DNA of 64,000 nucleotides from contig NC_069004.1 in the NCBI RefSeq assembly GCF_001194135.2, positions 16,406,652-16,470,651 on the forward strand. Direction: 5' to 3'. Below are positions 40,051-54,493 of this stretch, one piece after another. The notes below the pieces were generated by a model that made no database searches, was not told where the DNA came from, and was given only the letters and a program-made list of their open reading frames with translations. Source of the DNA: Octopus bimaculoides. Its lineage: Eukaryota. Both the position numbers and the translations under genes were made by a program. Numbering within the stretch: the first letter of the stretch is position 1; the number at the start of each line of letters is the position of its first letter.

Positions 40051-40754
40051 CTATTTCATTCCTCTACTGTTCTATAACTTAAAGTATGCTTCGCTTTCGG
40101 ATTTACTGACGATACACACACACACACATACACACGGGTAAACCATGTGCTTTCTATACTTCAAGAATAGTGATAAATTTTTCTTACATCTAAAGTTTTA
40201 GTTAAACCGGTAACCGACCTAGTCATTGCGATGATCTTATGTATTTAAGATATGTCGTTGTTATACGTCACTCACATTCTGACCCAAATAATTCAGAACT
40301 GTTGGTTAACTTTACACCTACTTCATTGCTTAACTTTACAAGTTTTTTTTTTTCGTTTCGGCTTCTATAGCATTCTACACTACCATAACTACTGTTTACT
40401 TATAATACCACTACCACCACCACCCTACCTTAACGGTACATCTCTACTGTTCTCATTAATACCAACACTAGTATTTATATAGTTGTACCACTATTATATA
40501 CATCTACATCACGACTGGTGGAGACCAACCACGATGGTTTTTGAAATCCAACTTTAATTTGCATCTTATTCACAGGGAAAGTACCGGTTAATTAATGCAA
40601 TGTAGTGGAACATATACTATTATACAGTAACATTCTGTAGTGTATAATGTTCACAGTAAATAGCAGTTCTGTATTTTTATATGCTGTTTTATACCCACAC
40701 TCACACATACATACACAACATACCGGTAATATTTACAGTACGTAAATATGAGTT

Positions 40755-40810
<56 letters not shown>

Positions 40811-43522
40811 TATACACGCTCATATTGTAAACAAGTACACACACACACACATATATGTGTGTGTGTGTATAAATTTCTTACATACTAGATGGAAGGTTCA
40901 GATTGACCGGATATATGTATTTTGTTTACGTGCTACTGGCAGCATTCAGCCTTCCCATCCAAGTCTGTTTTAACCCAGTATTTACATCATGCTGACTATT
41001 GATAGCTTTGTGTTCCCCCGTAACCCCCCTCCCCACCAAAAGGTACTATATATATATATATATAAACCCAAAGTGATTTTTGTGAAAATGTAAATGATTA
41101 GGTGACTGGTCAGTGATCCTCCTTGCCACACACAAAACAAGTACCATCAATGTTGAGTGTGTAACATTACTGTAGTAGTAATATTACTGTCAACAGTGTG
41201 ACGCTTTGGAGCTCGTTTCAGCTATCAGAAATGGCAGCTAATTCTTTTTCGAATAACACCTTACTGTCTTAAAAATGAAAAACACAAAATAGATAATGTG
41301 GTGCTAGATTTTTCAAAATAGGTGATGCTCATGGCTGGGATACTTTTTAAAATTATAGTTGTACTTGATCAACGTTGAATTGTGGCTTAGACATATTTAA
41401 TTAGTTGGAGTGAACGGTTTTTTATTTTAGTTCTATAGAATATTTCTAATATTTCTCAACGAAGACTTAATTTTGTTGTTGATTTCAGAGGGAATTTTGT
41501 AACCAGATATTACAAACATTTCGTCTTAAATAGTGTGTAGTATATGTATATATAAATACGTGTATCATTATATACGGACAATAAAAGTATGTATTATTTA
41601 CATACATGTACACACACGTGTGTGTGTTAATGTATATGAGCAGATTGTAGTTTCTGTTTATTGAATGTTTAACCAATTTTTATTCGCTGTGTGCATCGTA
41701 AGGGAATCGCCATAAACTTTGCTGGTAAGGGTAAAATGTAATTACTTGGTATTTTTTTTTAGAAAGCAGCCTTTATTAAAAACTAATAAAAGAAGAAAAA
41801 AAAATAATTGTTCTGTATGAAGAATCAGTTTGTTCTATATGGAAAAGGTTTTCCAAAAACGGAGTAGCAACAAAAATACAAGAAGTTTCCATGTCTGTGT
41901 GTCGACAGCCATGTGTTGGCTCCATCATCAATAATAATCTAGCACAGAATAGTTCACTGCTATTGCTTCTACCCATCGGAATTTCAGGTTGGTTAAATAA
42001 AGACCAGTTTTAAACCTGCTCCCCTCTAAGCTACTACAATTTTTTGGTTCTTAATGGCCTCCTCCTTTCTGTATGCAAAACTTCTTTTTCAGCCCTAACC
42101 TCTGTACGGGTATGTTCTTGACTATATATATATACACACACGCCACTGCAAATGTATATAAAGAGGTTTTAGTTGTCTTTTAGTTTTTAATCTCATTTTG
42201 CCAATATAAGAAATTACTGGTGCCCTTACGTCTTTATCATACACACACACACACATCTGTGTGTATTTATACCTGCACACAAAAGTATACGACTATATAT
42301 TTGTTAATATATATTATATAGAGACATGTATATATGTACAGCTAATGTGATATCCTTGACCCACTTACATAGATTCTCTTTCAATATTCTACATTACTTC
42401 ACTATTCTATGTTCAAATCCTATCAACAGGAGGCAATGATAAATACTGGTAACATGCAAGAATGGATACCGCCTCTAGAGCATTGCCTTGTCAGTACAAA
42501 TATATGGTGTGAATAATTGTTTCTTTTCTCTGCACATTTACGTATCTATAAGTTACTTGTGTGTGTGGTTCCATTTCTAAGGTGTGTGATATGTGATTTT
42601 TAAAGCCTCCCCCATCTATGTTACATATATTCTACCCCGCCCTATATACACAGATCTTTAAAGAAGGGTAAAAATTAAAAAAAACCTGAATTTTGTTGAA
42701 CATGCAGGAAGATATGGGCGGTGTGCTATTGTTTTATATATATTTACTGTTAAATTATTTTGTAAAATTTATACACTTAAAGCTCCTTGTGTCTTACTTT
42801 TTAACCACATATCTCCACTCACATAATAGTAATAATAATATTAATATTACATGGGTGGGGGAAACATGTCTTTCCTCAGATTTTGCTTTCGCATGCGTTT
42901 TTTTTTCTCTCTCTTTTTTGTACACTGTTAACCCTTTAATTTTTGCTCCTGTTGAAATTGTATATTTTATTACTTAAAAATAAAATCTTACCGATTCCCT
43001 TCCCTCTATAATCGTTCTGTCAATTTATCAAACCTTGGTGTTAATGACAGGTTTGACGCCTGACTGCCGGACACAACCCGGTTTTGTTCCCAGTTGAAAG
43101 TATTCCTCTTCAGTTTTTGTTACAATTTCCAAATACGCCTTTGTTTTGTGAAGTCGTGTGTTGTCTCCTAGTATCATATAGGGAAAACATTCCACTCTAA
43201 TTTGGTTTCAGTTCCCAGTCGCGGTTCATTCTCAGTAATAATTTTGAGAAGGGCTGAATAAAATACCCCAGTTTTTCTCATTGTTTTGGTAAATCTTAGG
43301 CAATGTGTCCATGTATGAAATTAATTTTCATGACACTATCCATGGTTTTAACCAAATTTGTGGGTGGTGTTTTTGTGGTTGCTCTGGTTTCCGTTTGTCC
43401 AACAGTGACCATTCAGCTTTATCACTATTATTATATTCCGTATTTCTTCATTAGCTTTTTGCATCTTTCCACAGAGTTAATTGTTCTTTGGGTGGACATT
43501 TGTGAAGTAATGCCTAACTTAC

Positions 43523-43688
43523 TCTTTCATGCCAGTGAACGACTGAATTGACCACACTGTTTGGTCAATCACTCTCCGAGATTTTCTTTTACATAGTGTT
43601 CATTTGTATCTGTAAAACTGGACAAACAACGTTAACCATAGCAGAATTGTGCCAAATCTCCCGTCACACAGATATACATACCAGACAT
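43523..43688 (-). other. Candidate spliced exon pair (72-nt intron 43610-43681; 87-nt exon 43523-43609) with a 15-codon ORF
   Basis: Donor GTATGT, branch-like GTTAAC, acceptor TTGTTTGTCCAGTTTTACAG, next donor GTAAGT. The spliced ORF reads MSDTNEHYVKENLGE*. Confidence 0.4.
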
Positions 43689-44073
43689 GACTATTGTAAA
43701 TGTTGTTTATATGTCATTTTCACTTCACCCCCTGCTGTTTCAGATTTCATTTCGTTTTGAAAAAAATTCCATTCCCCGAAAGTAAATGAACGGAGGGATA
43801 GTCGATTTAATTTTTTTTTTTTAAATCTGTAAATATGATTTTGCGTATTCAAGTGTGTTTGCCTTCAGTTTTTAATCTACCCTTGAGTTTCAATCACTCC
43901 TTTAGACACTCATTGTTGAAACTCAATACTAAAACTTTATTAATAATCATTTTTTTTTCTCTTAGAATCGTCGGACGGGAGATGTTATTTGAGAATGGAT
44001 TTTGTAAATTTTTCCCAAATAAGGTGGTTAGAATTGTTGAAAAAGATTACACATGGTTTACATAGTAATTTGT

Positions 44074-44633
44074 GAAGCTAATTTGCAGTTTCGCACCTCT
44101 CCTTGGAAAATGTATTTAAGTTTTCGGAATCCTACGCTTTAGATGGCGATTACGAATATGTAAAAAAAAAATTTTTTTCAATTTCACCCCCACCCACTCC
44201 CAATTAATATTTTTGATTTTGTTTACTTCAAAGAAATCGTAGCGAATTGACGAACATGTGCAAATCGAAATTAAATACAGACCAAAACATTAAGGGAAAA
44301 GAATTTGTGTTTTGTATTTTTCATCCATTTATTTATTTATCTGTTTGTCTTGTCAACTAAATGTGGCGGTCCTATAGAAGAGGGCGGCGTTACTGTTGTT
44401 TTTAGCCCCAGGAAGACATTCATATCTATCTCTTTGTAACACAAAACGTGGTTTCTTGCATAATCGGAATGTCCGTCATCTAAAACAAGGGGAAAAAAGT
44501 TCAGTTTTAAATTTGTTTTTTTTTTTCTTTTTTGCATGTATTCGTAATCTCCGACATCTAAACGTAGGAATCTGAATTTTTTTTTCTCAAAAAATGCATT
44601 TTTTGAAAGATAAGTGCGAAACTGCATTAGCCC

Positions 44634-44635
<2 letters not shown>
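44074..44635. mobile_element. Non-autonomous DNA transposon (MITE) with terminal and subterminal inverted repeats
   Basis: GCTAAT(TT)GCAGTTTCGCAC / GTGCGAAACTGCATTAGCCCC termini, plus an inner inverted pair TCCTACGCTTTAGATGGCGATTACGAATA / TATTCGTAATCTCCGACATCTAAACGTAGGA. Confidence 0.75.
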
Positions 44636-44680
<45 letters not shown>

Positions 44681-47231
44681 GATGATTCTGTGGAGGCTTC
44701 CCTCAGAAATATCGTACATACATGAAAGTTGTTTGATGGAAGGAAGTCTCTTGTGGTCTTCACAATCATATATGGTATATTGCTGTATGGATCAATACTG
44801 TATAATGGTGAAGAATCGTAATTTAATCTGTTAGATAATTATTTCAGCACAAAACTAAACTTTGTCAACATCTTGATTCAGATGTTAAACATGTAAAAAC
44901 ATTAACAAACTTCCACTATTAGATTCGTAATCTATGTTTCGAGGTCCGTTTATTTTACTGTTAAAATTGTTTGTTGAGAAAGGCATCAACGTCACTCATT
45001 CTTTTTTTTTTTCTTTCTATTATCAATCTTAAACATTGTACCTCTGGCGAATAATCACCATGTGCGCGCGCGCAAAACACACATGCTCTTTCTCTCACAC
45101 GCACAAGTTTTAAAATGCTACTGTTCATAACTATGTAAGAATTAGTATATTTTTTCAAATATCCCACTGTTATCACATTGAGTTTATTTGCAACTTATTG
45201 CTTTTTAAACTTTTCCAAGCGGCTTGCTAGTAGTTGATAGTATCAACAGAAGCTAAACTAGGTCACTATAGTCTAAATTATTGGTTATCGGTGGCGTTTG
45301 TTGATCAATCAGAACTAGACCAGAAACATGGCATACAAAATAGCTGATCATCACTTACACGCAGGATATGGCTTTTTCTTTTTTTTTCTTTACTTCTTTA
45401 AGTATTTCACTGTTAACATACAGCAATTAGTTTTGTTCCTCTGTGTCCTGAGTTCAAATCCCACTGGGGGTGAGTTTGCTTTTATGGGGATTTTTGAAAG
45501 GTTAAAATTTAAATGCTTATAACCTTTTACCCGTGCATGCGCGCGCCTGAATGGTCTAACATCTCTGGAGGGAATTGTGACATGTTGGTGTTTCTTTAAT
45601 ATACAACTGTTTTTGTGTTGACTGTCTTCATTACCTCGTCGCAAAATCCGACCATTGCAACACAGTCTCGTAATGGAACCTATCTACAGTTACTTGGCCA
45701 CCACCTCACAGTGAAGTGTGTTTTTGCAGCCAGCTGTGACATTCCTTATAAAGTGGTGATAACATATTGAATGGATGACCTAGAGCAACAGTGAGCTGGA
45801 AATTTCAACGAGATCTCGCAACAGTATGTTTTCGCAATTCATATGCAAATATCCTCATCCAAATAATGTTTTGAACTAGAAGCATAATTGATTTGCTGTT
45901 TAGAGTTGAAGGCCTTCTGAATAATACTTGAATCTTGGTGCGTCACTAGGAGCTGTTCTGTTAACTAAAGCAAGGATGGAAGACCAAAGTTGATTCTCCT
46001 CACCAGTATCATGTAGACAGATAAAACTAAATATAGTAAAATAGCCGACTGTGTGACCACCTTGGCTAATTGTTATATTTTCACTTTTAAAAGCAATTAA
46101 GATATAAACCAGTTGTTAATCTAATAAAACACTGTTTTGAAAGTTTTTTTTTTTCAAGTTATTCTGAATATAATAGGCATAAAATTAGTTAGGACTTGAT
46201 TAGAAATTATTTTTAAAAATCATTAATATTTATTCATAGAAAAAGTTATGTCTCTGTCAAACATTTTCTCTCTTGCTCCCTCTTTATCTTGAGACTACTA
46301 GTTTCATAGTTGCAAGTTACATTTGCTGTTCAACTCAAAACTTTCCCAGTCAAGTAGAGTAAAACCTGTGACCAGGATCTCACCACAACGTTGGTGGAGG
46401 CTGTTATTTTCTGCTTTTATCAGCCTGTCATTTGCCTGCAAGTCTTCAGTTGTTTGATCCATTGAAATGCTGTATAAGTGGCTGAGTATTTCACACACGT
46501 GTGTACCCTTAATTTGATTTACAGGTTGAGTCTTTTTGAATTACAAGTACAAATCACCTGGTGTTTCTATCTAATCAGTTTTACTCATGGGTCAAGCTGA
46601 TGCTATAGGAAATAACAATTACTCGGGATACAATGCGGTGGGATTGAACTTGGCACCTCGTTACAAAGCAAACATTTTAACCATTCAGCTATTCTCTCTT
46701 CCTTTATCTCTATTAAGAAAAATCTCAGTAACTGATTCCACCAGGTAGTTCATGAATGCCACTATTTGGTGGTTTCCAATTTCTATTAACCTAAATCATG
46801 TATAAAAGAATTATTGGATTAAAACGGTTGTGTGTGTTCATAATGTTTAAAAATGTATTGAACTGTTGTTATCCTGGAGACTGCTACAATACTGGTGAGG
46901 GAACAGTAGCAGATTCAGACTGTTTTCGGTTCAGCATATTTCCAGTGCTTTCTGTGGCATGTTGGAATAAATAATTTTGGTTTCTTATTTAAATCAAGTC
47001 AAAAAAAAAAAAAAAAAAAACAGGTTGGGTGCTATTACTACATTGTCATTAGTTGCTATGGTTTCTTTCTTTCCTTTAGCAGAGAACATTTCTTGAAGAT
47101 GATAGAACGCCCTCAGTTTCTGTATGTGGTTACAGTAACTGGTCATGAGCTGGAAAGGGGGAATGACTGCTGGATCTTCTGGGAGTGTTACTAGTGACAA
47201 GAAATAGTTTTGTCTGTTCAATTGTATAGAG

Positions 47232-47471
47232 CAACATTTCTCAATCAGGGTTCCCTGGAACCCTAGGGTTCTGCAAAAGGTTCCTAGGGGGTTCTGCGAG
47301 AAAGAGTGAGATAAGCTAATGCTAATTTCATGATATATATATTTACCACATGAACTATGATGAAAAAATAGGAGAAAGGTATGGTATATAATTTTTTTTT
47401 GTGCAGGGGTTCTTTGAGACATGTAATTTATTTTAAGGATTATGCAAGGGTAAAAAGGTTGAGAAACACTG
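47232..47471. mobile_element. hAT (Charlie-like) MITE
   Basis: The right TIR GGTTGAGAAACACTG is the reverse complement of CAGTGTTTCTCAACC; the left end CAACATTTCTCAATC is degenerate; the interior is GGGGTTC-rich. Confidence 0.7.
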
Positions 47472-49216
47472 CAGAGGATGGAGCAATTTTTCATGTTTTT
47501 AGAGAGCCTGTGATCTGTTGAGAATTATCAGCATTCATGTAAAATGTGATGTGATTCCAACCGTACTTCTTAGTTCTTACTAAGATCTATGGTTGTATGG
47601 CCTTAATATTTCATCAAATTATTTCTTGGTTTGTTCTATTTCCTTATTTCAAGAGTAGTTTCTGTTGTTCAAGAGCATATTGAATAGAAGTGATTGTTAA
47701 ACCAATGGAAGTTGCTGATGTTTTGTAGTAAATCATAAAGTGGCTCTTGTTGCTTTCTCTGGCTACTATGACTTCACCAACACCACCTCTATCATCTGAT
47801 ATTTCCTCCTCCACTCCCAGATTACACTCTCTGAATCACTGTTCCATTTGCATTGTTCACACACACACACATACAAAAATTAGTAGGGGAGGAATGATAT
47901 ACCACAGAGATCAAGAACTTCCAGAGACTTAATTTCATAATAAACTCCGATATACAAAAAAATCCACTGTAAATTTCCACATCATAGAACACTTTTATAC
48001 ACACACACAAAAGTGGGATGCTTTTTTGGGTTTTTTTGCTCTGCTACAGTTGTGTGGGCATCATTGGTATCAACTGTGATATTGTCCTCAGATCTTCATA
48101 GTATCTGAAAAAGGAAATAAGTCATGTAAACTAAGCATTCTTCTTTGAAAAAAAAATCCATTAAAATGGTAATCTATTACAATTTATTTGTAAAATAATT
48201 AAAAGAAATTTTTCTTAATAAATACTTTAAAAAGAACCTAAAATATCAAGTCAAAGAGAACAAGTTTGCTTTTGTGTAAGCTTATGAAAACCAATAGACT
48301 GTGATGTAGGATTGAAATTGAAGGTTTTCTTGTTCAGTGTGATGAATGAATTTAAAGTAGATATATAAAGATGTTTATAGAAAACTTTTTAAAAAGAATG
48401 TTATGGAACTGTGGCTGGTTGTAAAATCTGTCTTATAGTCTTCCTGCCATCTATTTTACCAAAAGAGATTCAATAATTGGAAAGCTTTCCATTTTCGAGT
48501 AATTGGAATGACAGAAGTGCAGAAAAAGTTGTTTAGCTCCGGGTCAATCATGATTGAATAATGATCAAAGATTTTCATGCCATGACCATCCTTTTCTTTT
48601 CTTTTTTTTTTAATGTTTTTAAAAACAGAGTATGATGAGAGAAACCAGCTATTAATTTTAGCAGGTTAGAGATTCCTAAAAGTGTGTAGATGTAGTACTG
48701 AATAAATTTAGGGAAGAAAGAAATGTCATTGCACTAATCTCTGATGTTCATAAATGACAAGTATGGAAGAGTAGAGAATGTTCTGAAAGTAATAAAACCT
48801 GTTGTAATTTTCATAAAGAAATATTGAGATTAGAACCAGTGCTGGAATATTTGATTTTGCTTTTAGTGATGGTAACATGGGAGTACTCCTGTTGGAAATA
48901 TACTAGTTTCTGTCAAGGAGTTAAAAAGAACAACATTGTTGGCTGTTTTTTAGTTTTTGAAAAAGGACATTTTTAGTTTTCAGCTGAAAAAAGAAAATAA
49001 TTTGCTGTTACATTTCAGACAAAATGTATTGGGATTATCACTGAATTGTTTTATGAAATGCTCTTCCTGTCAATAACCCTTACTTGTTTTCCAAAAGTTA
49101 GGTGTCTTATTCCACAGCTTCAAAAGCACAAAGCTGGTCGGTGATTTATTGACTGAAGAAATACCAACAGAACACCATGTAAATGTGGCTTTTGAATAAG
49201 CAAGTGCCTGGTGTAA

Positions 49217-49252
<36 letters not shown>

Positions 49253-50514
49253 GATGGTCCTTTCTTTTAGTTTTCAACTACCAAATCCACTCACAAGGCT
49301 TTGGTTGACCTGGAGCTACAGTAGAAGACATTTGTCCAGTGGAAACCCGAAACCATGTAGTTAGGAAGCAAATTTCATAATCACATAGCCATATCTTGTG
49401 CGACTCTGTTCAGTGTAACAGCAGTCAATTTTAATCAACTAAATTTTACTAGTTATCCAAACCACAAATTTTTTTTAGTTTGAATTGACTTAGATTTAGC
49501 CAGTTTGATCCATTGATAACTGTTTTCAGTCTGATAACCATTTAAATTTTTAAATTGTTTCAGCTTCAAAGCTGCAGTCGTGCTGGGGCACTACCGTTGA
49601 CTGTGCTACACCTCTGATATGTGACATTTGGTGAATGAGGGAGTTTGATGCTACTGCCCTCATCTGTGTTTCCTGCTGGCAACAGTTGTGGATATTGCAT
49701 TTAATAATTAGTTAATTAGTACGCACAACAGTAAATTCCTATCTAGTGTAACACTTTTCATATCAACAACATGAGGAACTCTGCTGTTATGCAAAACTGG
49801 CCATTTTAAAAAGCTCTTATTAAGACGTTTTGTTATGATTCAACTTAATAATGAGAAAGTTATTTTAACAAATCACTCCAAATTCTTGATCCGAAATTGA
49901 TGGTTATTCAGTAGGAGTTGAGTGAAACCATTATATCCATCCGTTAAATTATAGTTGATTGCAAAAAAAGTAGGTTGGTTACTGACCATCTTCCATAAAA
50001 CCTGATGTTAAAATGGTCAATATTTGTATTTTTCTTAGTTTTTACAAGTGTAAGATGGTATTCATGACATTCTCTCAAATTTTACTATTTTAATTTAAAA
50101 TTTGTTACCACACTAAATGATTACATACTTAAGTAACATTCACCTTTATTTACAATGTCTGGTGTTAAACATTGAAGTCAAGAATAAATACATGTAGCCC
50201 AATTACAACATAGCTAAACAAACTTTTTTTCTTAAATTACAAGTTTTCGTAGAACAAATGAGAAAAAAGTCCAGCCTTTAAATTATTCCTTAACTGACCT
50301 TTCAAATACTTTGTGTGCGTGTGTGTGTTTAAGATGACAGTGAGTATATGTAGGGAACAAAAATACATGTTGGGAATTTGAAAGTGGCAATTGATGTTTT
50401 CCAAAGACAGTGTAGAACTGGAGGAAAAATGATTTAATGACATTTGTATATTTGATTAAATATTTCATGAATCGGCCTCTAAAGCAATTTTCAACATTTG
50501 TCTTGTTGCTGCAG

Positions 50515-50598
50515 CACTGGAATTTAAAAAAGAAACTTGTAGATTTATATGTCTTCCCTAAGGCTACTACTATATAGAGCCAACAACAATGTTCGCTT
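50515..50598 (+). other. Candidate 84-nt exon, stops in all frames before a terminal ATG TTC GCT T
   Basis: Acceptor TTGTCTTGTTGCTGCAG, donor GTAAGT at 50599, ACAATG at 50589. The downstream partner exon was not identified. Confidence 0.3.
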
Positions 50599-52585
50599 GT
50601 AAGTGGGCATACTTTATATTTTAGACAGTGTGCACATTTACTTGTTGAATTATTTTGCTCTTTACTGTTTTTACTTGTTGTACATGCTAAGATGGGTAGT
50701 TTTTAGAACTGAGTTTCAATTGCTATACCAATTATTTGAATGAGAAGTGTTAATGTGCCAGAGAAACTGAGGTGAGCAGAATAATGAGCTTTGTATTTAT
50801 TTGTAACACATTGTTCAACAAGTTGGGAGTTGTAACACAAGGAATATACTCAGTAGTCATTTGTCAGGGGAGAAGTTGCCAAAAAGGTGAGGATATACAA
50901 ATTGTGGTTATGGCTGTTAACAGGAATCCTAATTCTGTGGAATAGTTTTTGGAAAAGGGATCACATCAGGGGTGAAAGACCTCATCAAAAGTTCATTCGC
51001 TGTCATTTTTTACTTTTGTTGTTAAACATCACTTCTGTTTGTTGCTGAATCATCATTAAAAAGAGGTTTCTATCATTAGTGAAGAGATTTCAGTAATTGA
51101 TGGAACAAATTAAGGGAAAGTTGAAATTTAATCATCCAAATCAGGCTAGCATTGAAGAGAATATGAAAAATGAAGTTGGGCAAGCAGCCAAAATTTGATC
51201 TGTTAGTGTTTTACAGAGAGAAAATGCAATATTTTTGTCTTCTGTTTTTTTTTTCTTTGAAGCCAGCTGTTTGATAACTTAGTGACATATTTCTTATATA
51301 ATCTCACTCTTCTATCTAGGTCAAAACTAGGATATAATTTGCCTGATAGCCATTTTTTACTTTACTGTAGTCTCACACAAGAGACTTAAAAAGGGTCCTC
51401 TTGTATGTTGAAGTGTGACCCAATAGAGAATTTTGAGCGCTACAAACTGGCTTCTCTGAGAGTGAACTAATATCTTGGTTAGTTAGCAGTAGGTTCATGT
51501 TCTTAGTCTTTCAGTGTCTTTAAAATTCAAGACTTTCTACAAGGATAGGTGTCATTGATGATGTTGATATCTTCTAGGTTTAAGGTCCCAGATTTGGCAT
51601 GGGTGTTGTCCATACATGTAATGATGTTATAAATGGTATAGTGATTTTGACAGACTGACAGGAACCAAATATTAACTGTAAACTAACTTTAGAAACCACT
51701 TCAATTTAATATTTTGTGTAGTTTCTATCACTATAATTTAATTACCATTTTTTTCCTCGTGTAGTTATGAATTTTAGCCTAGTAGCAATATGATAACTTG
51801 CATATCTCTGTCTGAAATTATGATGCCTTGTAATCTAAGTGAAATTTTCAGGTCATTTTACTATCTTCCTACTTTGTTGATATTTTTCATCACATGTCAG
51901 TACTGTCAAAAATATTTAACTATTGATAGGCAGTAATATGAAATATTGTCAATGTGCTTCAATTAAATTTGAAAATAATCAAGAAATTGTATGGGAGTAT
52001 TTAATAAAATTACTAAATTCTATATTATTAAACTAGTATTTGAAAACATTACAAAATTAACAATGTGTTGGTAGAATTGTTAGTGTGGAACAAAATGCTA
52101 GTGTTATTTACTTAATGCTCCTTAGATTTGAAGTTCAAATCCCACCAAAGTCAAGTTTGCTTATCTTTCAAAGTTTGATAAAACAAAACCTGTCAAGTGT
52201 TAGGCTTCATCTAATATTCTTATGAAGCATCGTTATTGTGACTGGAACAGAGAACAAAGACTAACAAAAGGTTCTAGTGATTAAAGGTTTTGATTTACAT
52301 AAGAATACTTTAACATACGTGGATTATGCCAGAAGTTGGCTCAGTCTATTATCAAAAGGGTAATCACTACCACAAACCTTACAGTAAATGTTTAACCCTG
52401 TAATGTTCCTCCTCCTCCTCTGCTACTGCAGCTATTACCACCACCAGTTTATAGTTAATTTCAAAGTATTTTGGAGATGTTATATGTGTGACTGGTTGTT
52501 GTTAGATCCAAGTATTCCTGGAATTGACAACCACCACCACTTTCTTTCATTTTTGGGTATCATATATCTTATACTTAGATATCAT

Positions 52586-53261
52586 GGATCTAGTTCAAAA
52601 CGGGGGCACCAGTATGTTCTTAACGAAACACTTTGAAACTTGGGACACTGGTAGAATGTGTCATATAAAACATCTTTTTCTCTTAGTCTTCTTAACAAAA
52701 AAACGTACATCGCAAGTAATTTCATGTTAAAGTTGTCGTATTTCTGTAATTTCAACCAATGACTGACGTCCATTCAGCCGAATAACAGTAAGTGCTGACT
52801 ACGTAAACAAACGATTGTCAAACGATTTTGGCGGTGATAAAATTATTATTTCCTTGTCAAAAAATGGCTGAAGCATATTGGCAGTAGCTAATAAACCTTT
52901 CTATTATAGGCACAAGGCATGGTTTTTGAGGGAAGGAGCAAGTCAATTAGGGTTAGGGTTAGGGAAAACGAACACACGTGTGTTGCCTCTGCAAAATGTC
53001 AGAAGTAATGGAGATTAAATACGCTTTACACCGCTTAAACTGCCAAAGGAGTAACTTGTAAACAGCTGAATACTTGTCAGTGATTGGTTGAAATTATCGA
53101 AGTAAGACAATTTTTTTACATGAAATAAATGCGAATACAAAATTTTTTTTCTGTTGTATAACACAAAATAGATAAGTATACGAAGTTTGAAAGTCTTTCG
53201 GTACCAAAAACACTACATAAAACATAAATGAAAACTGGTGCCCCTGTTTTGAACAAGATCT
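52586..53261. mobile_element. GG-terminal non-autonomous DNA transposon, copy 1 (Merlin-like)
   Basis: TIRs GGATCTAGTTCAAAACGGGGGCACCAGT / ACTGGTGCCCCTGTTTTGAACAAGATCT; internal (TTAGGG)3 at 52947-52964; no TSD visible. Confidence 0.8.
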
Positions 53262-54493
53262 ACTAAGATAGTAGGGTATGGTTTAAGAGAAATTTTACCT
53301 GCTATTTCTTGCTGGTCAAGTGATCATGTAGAAGTTGGTGTAAGGAAGTGTTATCTGCAATATAACAATGTGCCTTGTTTTTGTGATCTTGTACAGTATG
53401 ACCAGCCTCGTTCATAGATGGGTTCAATTTTGCTGTGTTGACCTGTCTTAGGCTTAGATTTAAGTATAAATTAACTGAACTGATCCTAAGTGTGTTACTG
53501 GTCCTTAATGAATTGAATTCAAGAGGTATGAAAAGCAAAGTTAATCCACTAGAAAAACTTGAAATTGTTACAGTGCCTCACCAAAGTAAGTTTATAAAAT
53601 ATACACTCCTCCCCATAGATTCCCTTGTTTTGGTAGTTCTGCAGAAAATAGGTTCTTGCTTCCATTATACAGTGGAGTGAAGTTTTGTTCAGAAGTGTAT
53701 CCAACTTTCAAAAATAGAATATGGTATTAGGAGGAAGGCCCAGGAAGCAAGGCACTGGAAGCAAATATTCATTTTCAAATTTGTAGATCTGTCCAATAGA
53801 TAGGAGCATGGAAATAAAATGTTTGAAATCTATTTTAAAGAAAAAAATAGTAAATTAAGAAAGAAATCAAATACTTCACATGCTATTCCCATCATTAGGT
53901 ATTCATAAAAGACTATAATAGTTTATTTTGAGAAGCAAATTATATGAAATGTGGAGCAATCTTTTTTAAAATGTCCAAGGCAATGATAGATAGCCAGCAG
54001 GAATCTCTTAAGTAGGTAGTGGTGGTGGTGGTTCTGTTTCTATAATCCAAATGGCATGAAAGAAAAGAAAAAAAAAAGGAAACAAAAATTTAGTGTCAGA
54101 GGTACTTAATCATTTGACAAAGAGGAAGATCTAGTTTAATTCCAAAAGTCTGGCTCCAGTTTGTCTGTGGCTGGGGTGTGAAGGAGTAAGTTGTGCAGGG
54201 TAGCTACTAACCAAGCAGGACTAAAATCAAGCCAGTAGCTAGCTGTGTGCCTGTATGTATGACTAGCTCAGGCCAGAGCTAGCATAAGTAGCAGATACAG
54301 TAGTTAGTTAAGCACTTCAGTTATTCCTGACAAATTGCAAGTTAAAATCATGATCACATGATAATAAAAATAATGAGCTTTTCTAGTCGATTATTATTAA
54401 GTGTAAGATTGACTTTCAGACTGCCAAAAATTTAGATATTAATTTTAATAATTAAGATTTTTTTTTTTTTTATTAAATATTCTAAAATATTTA

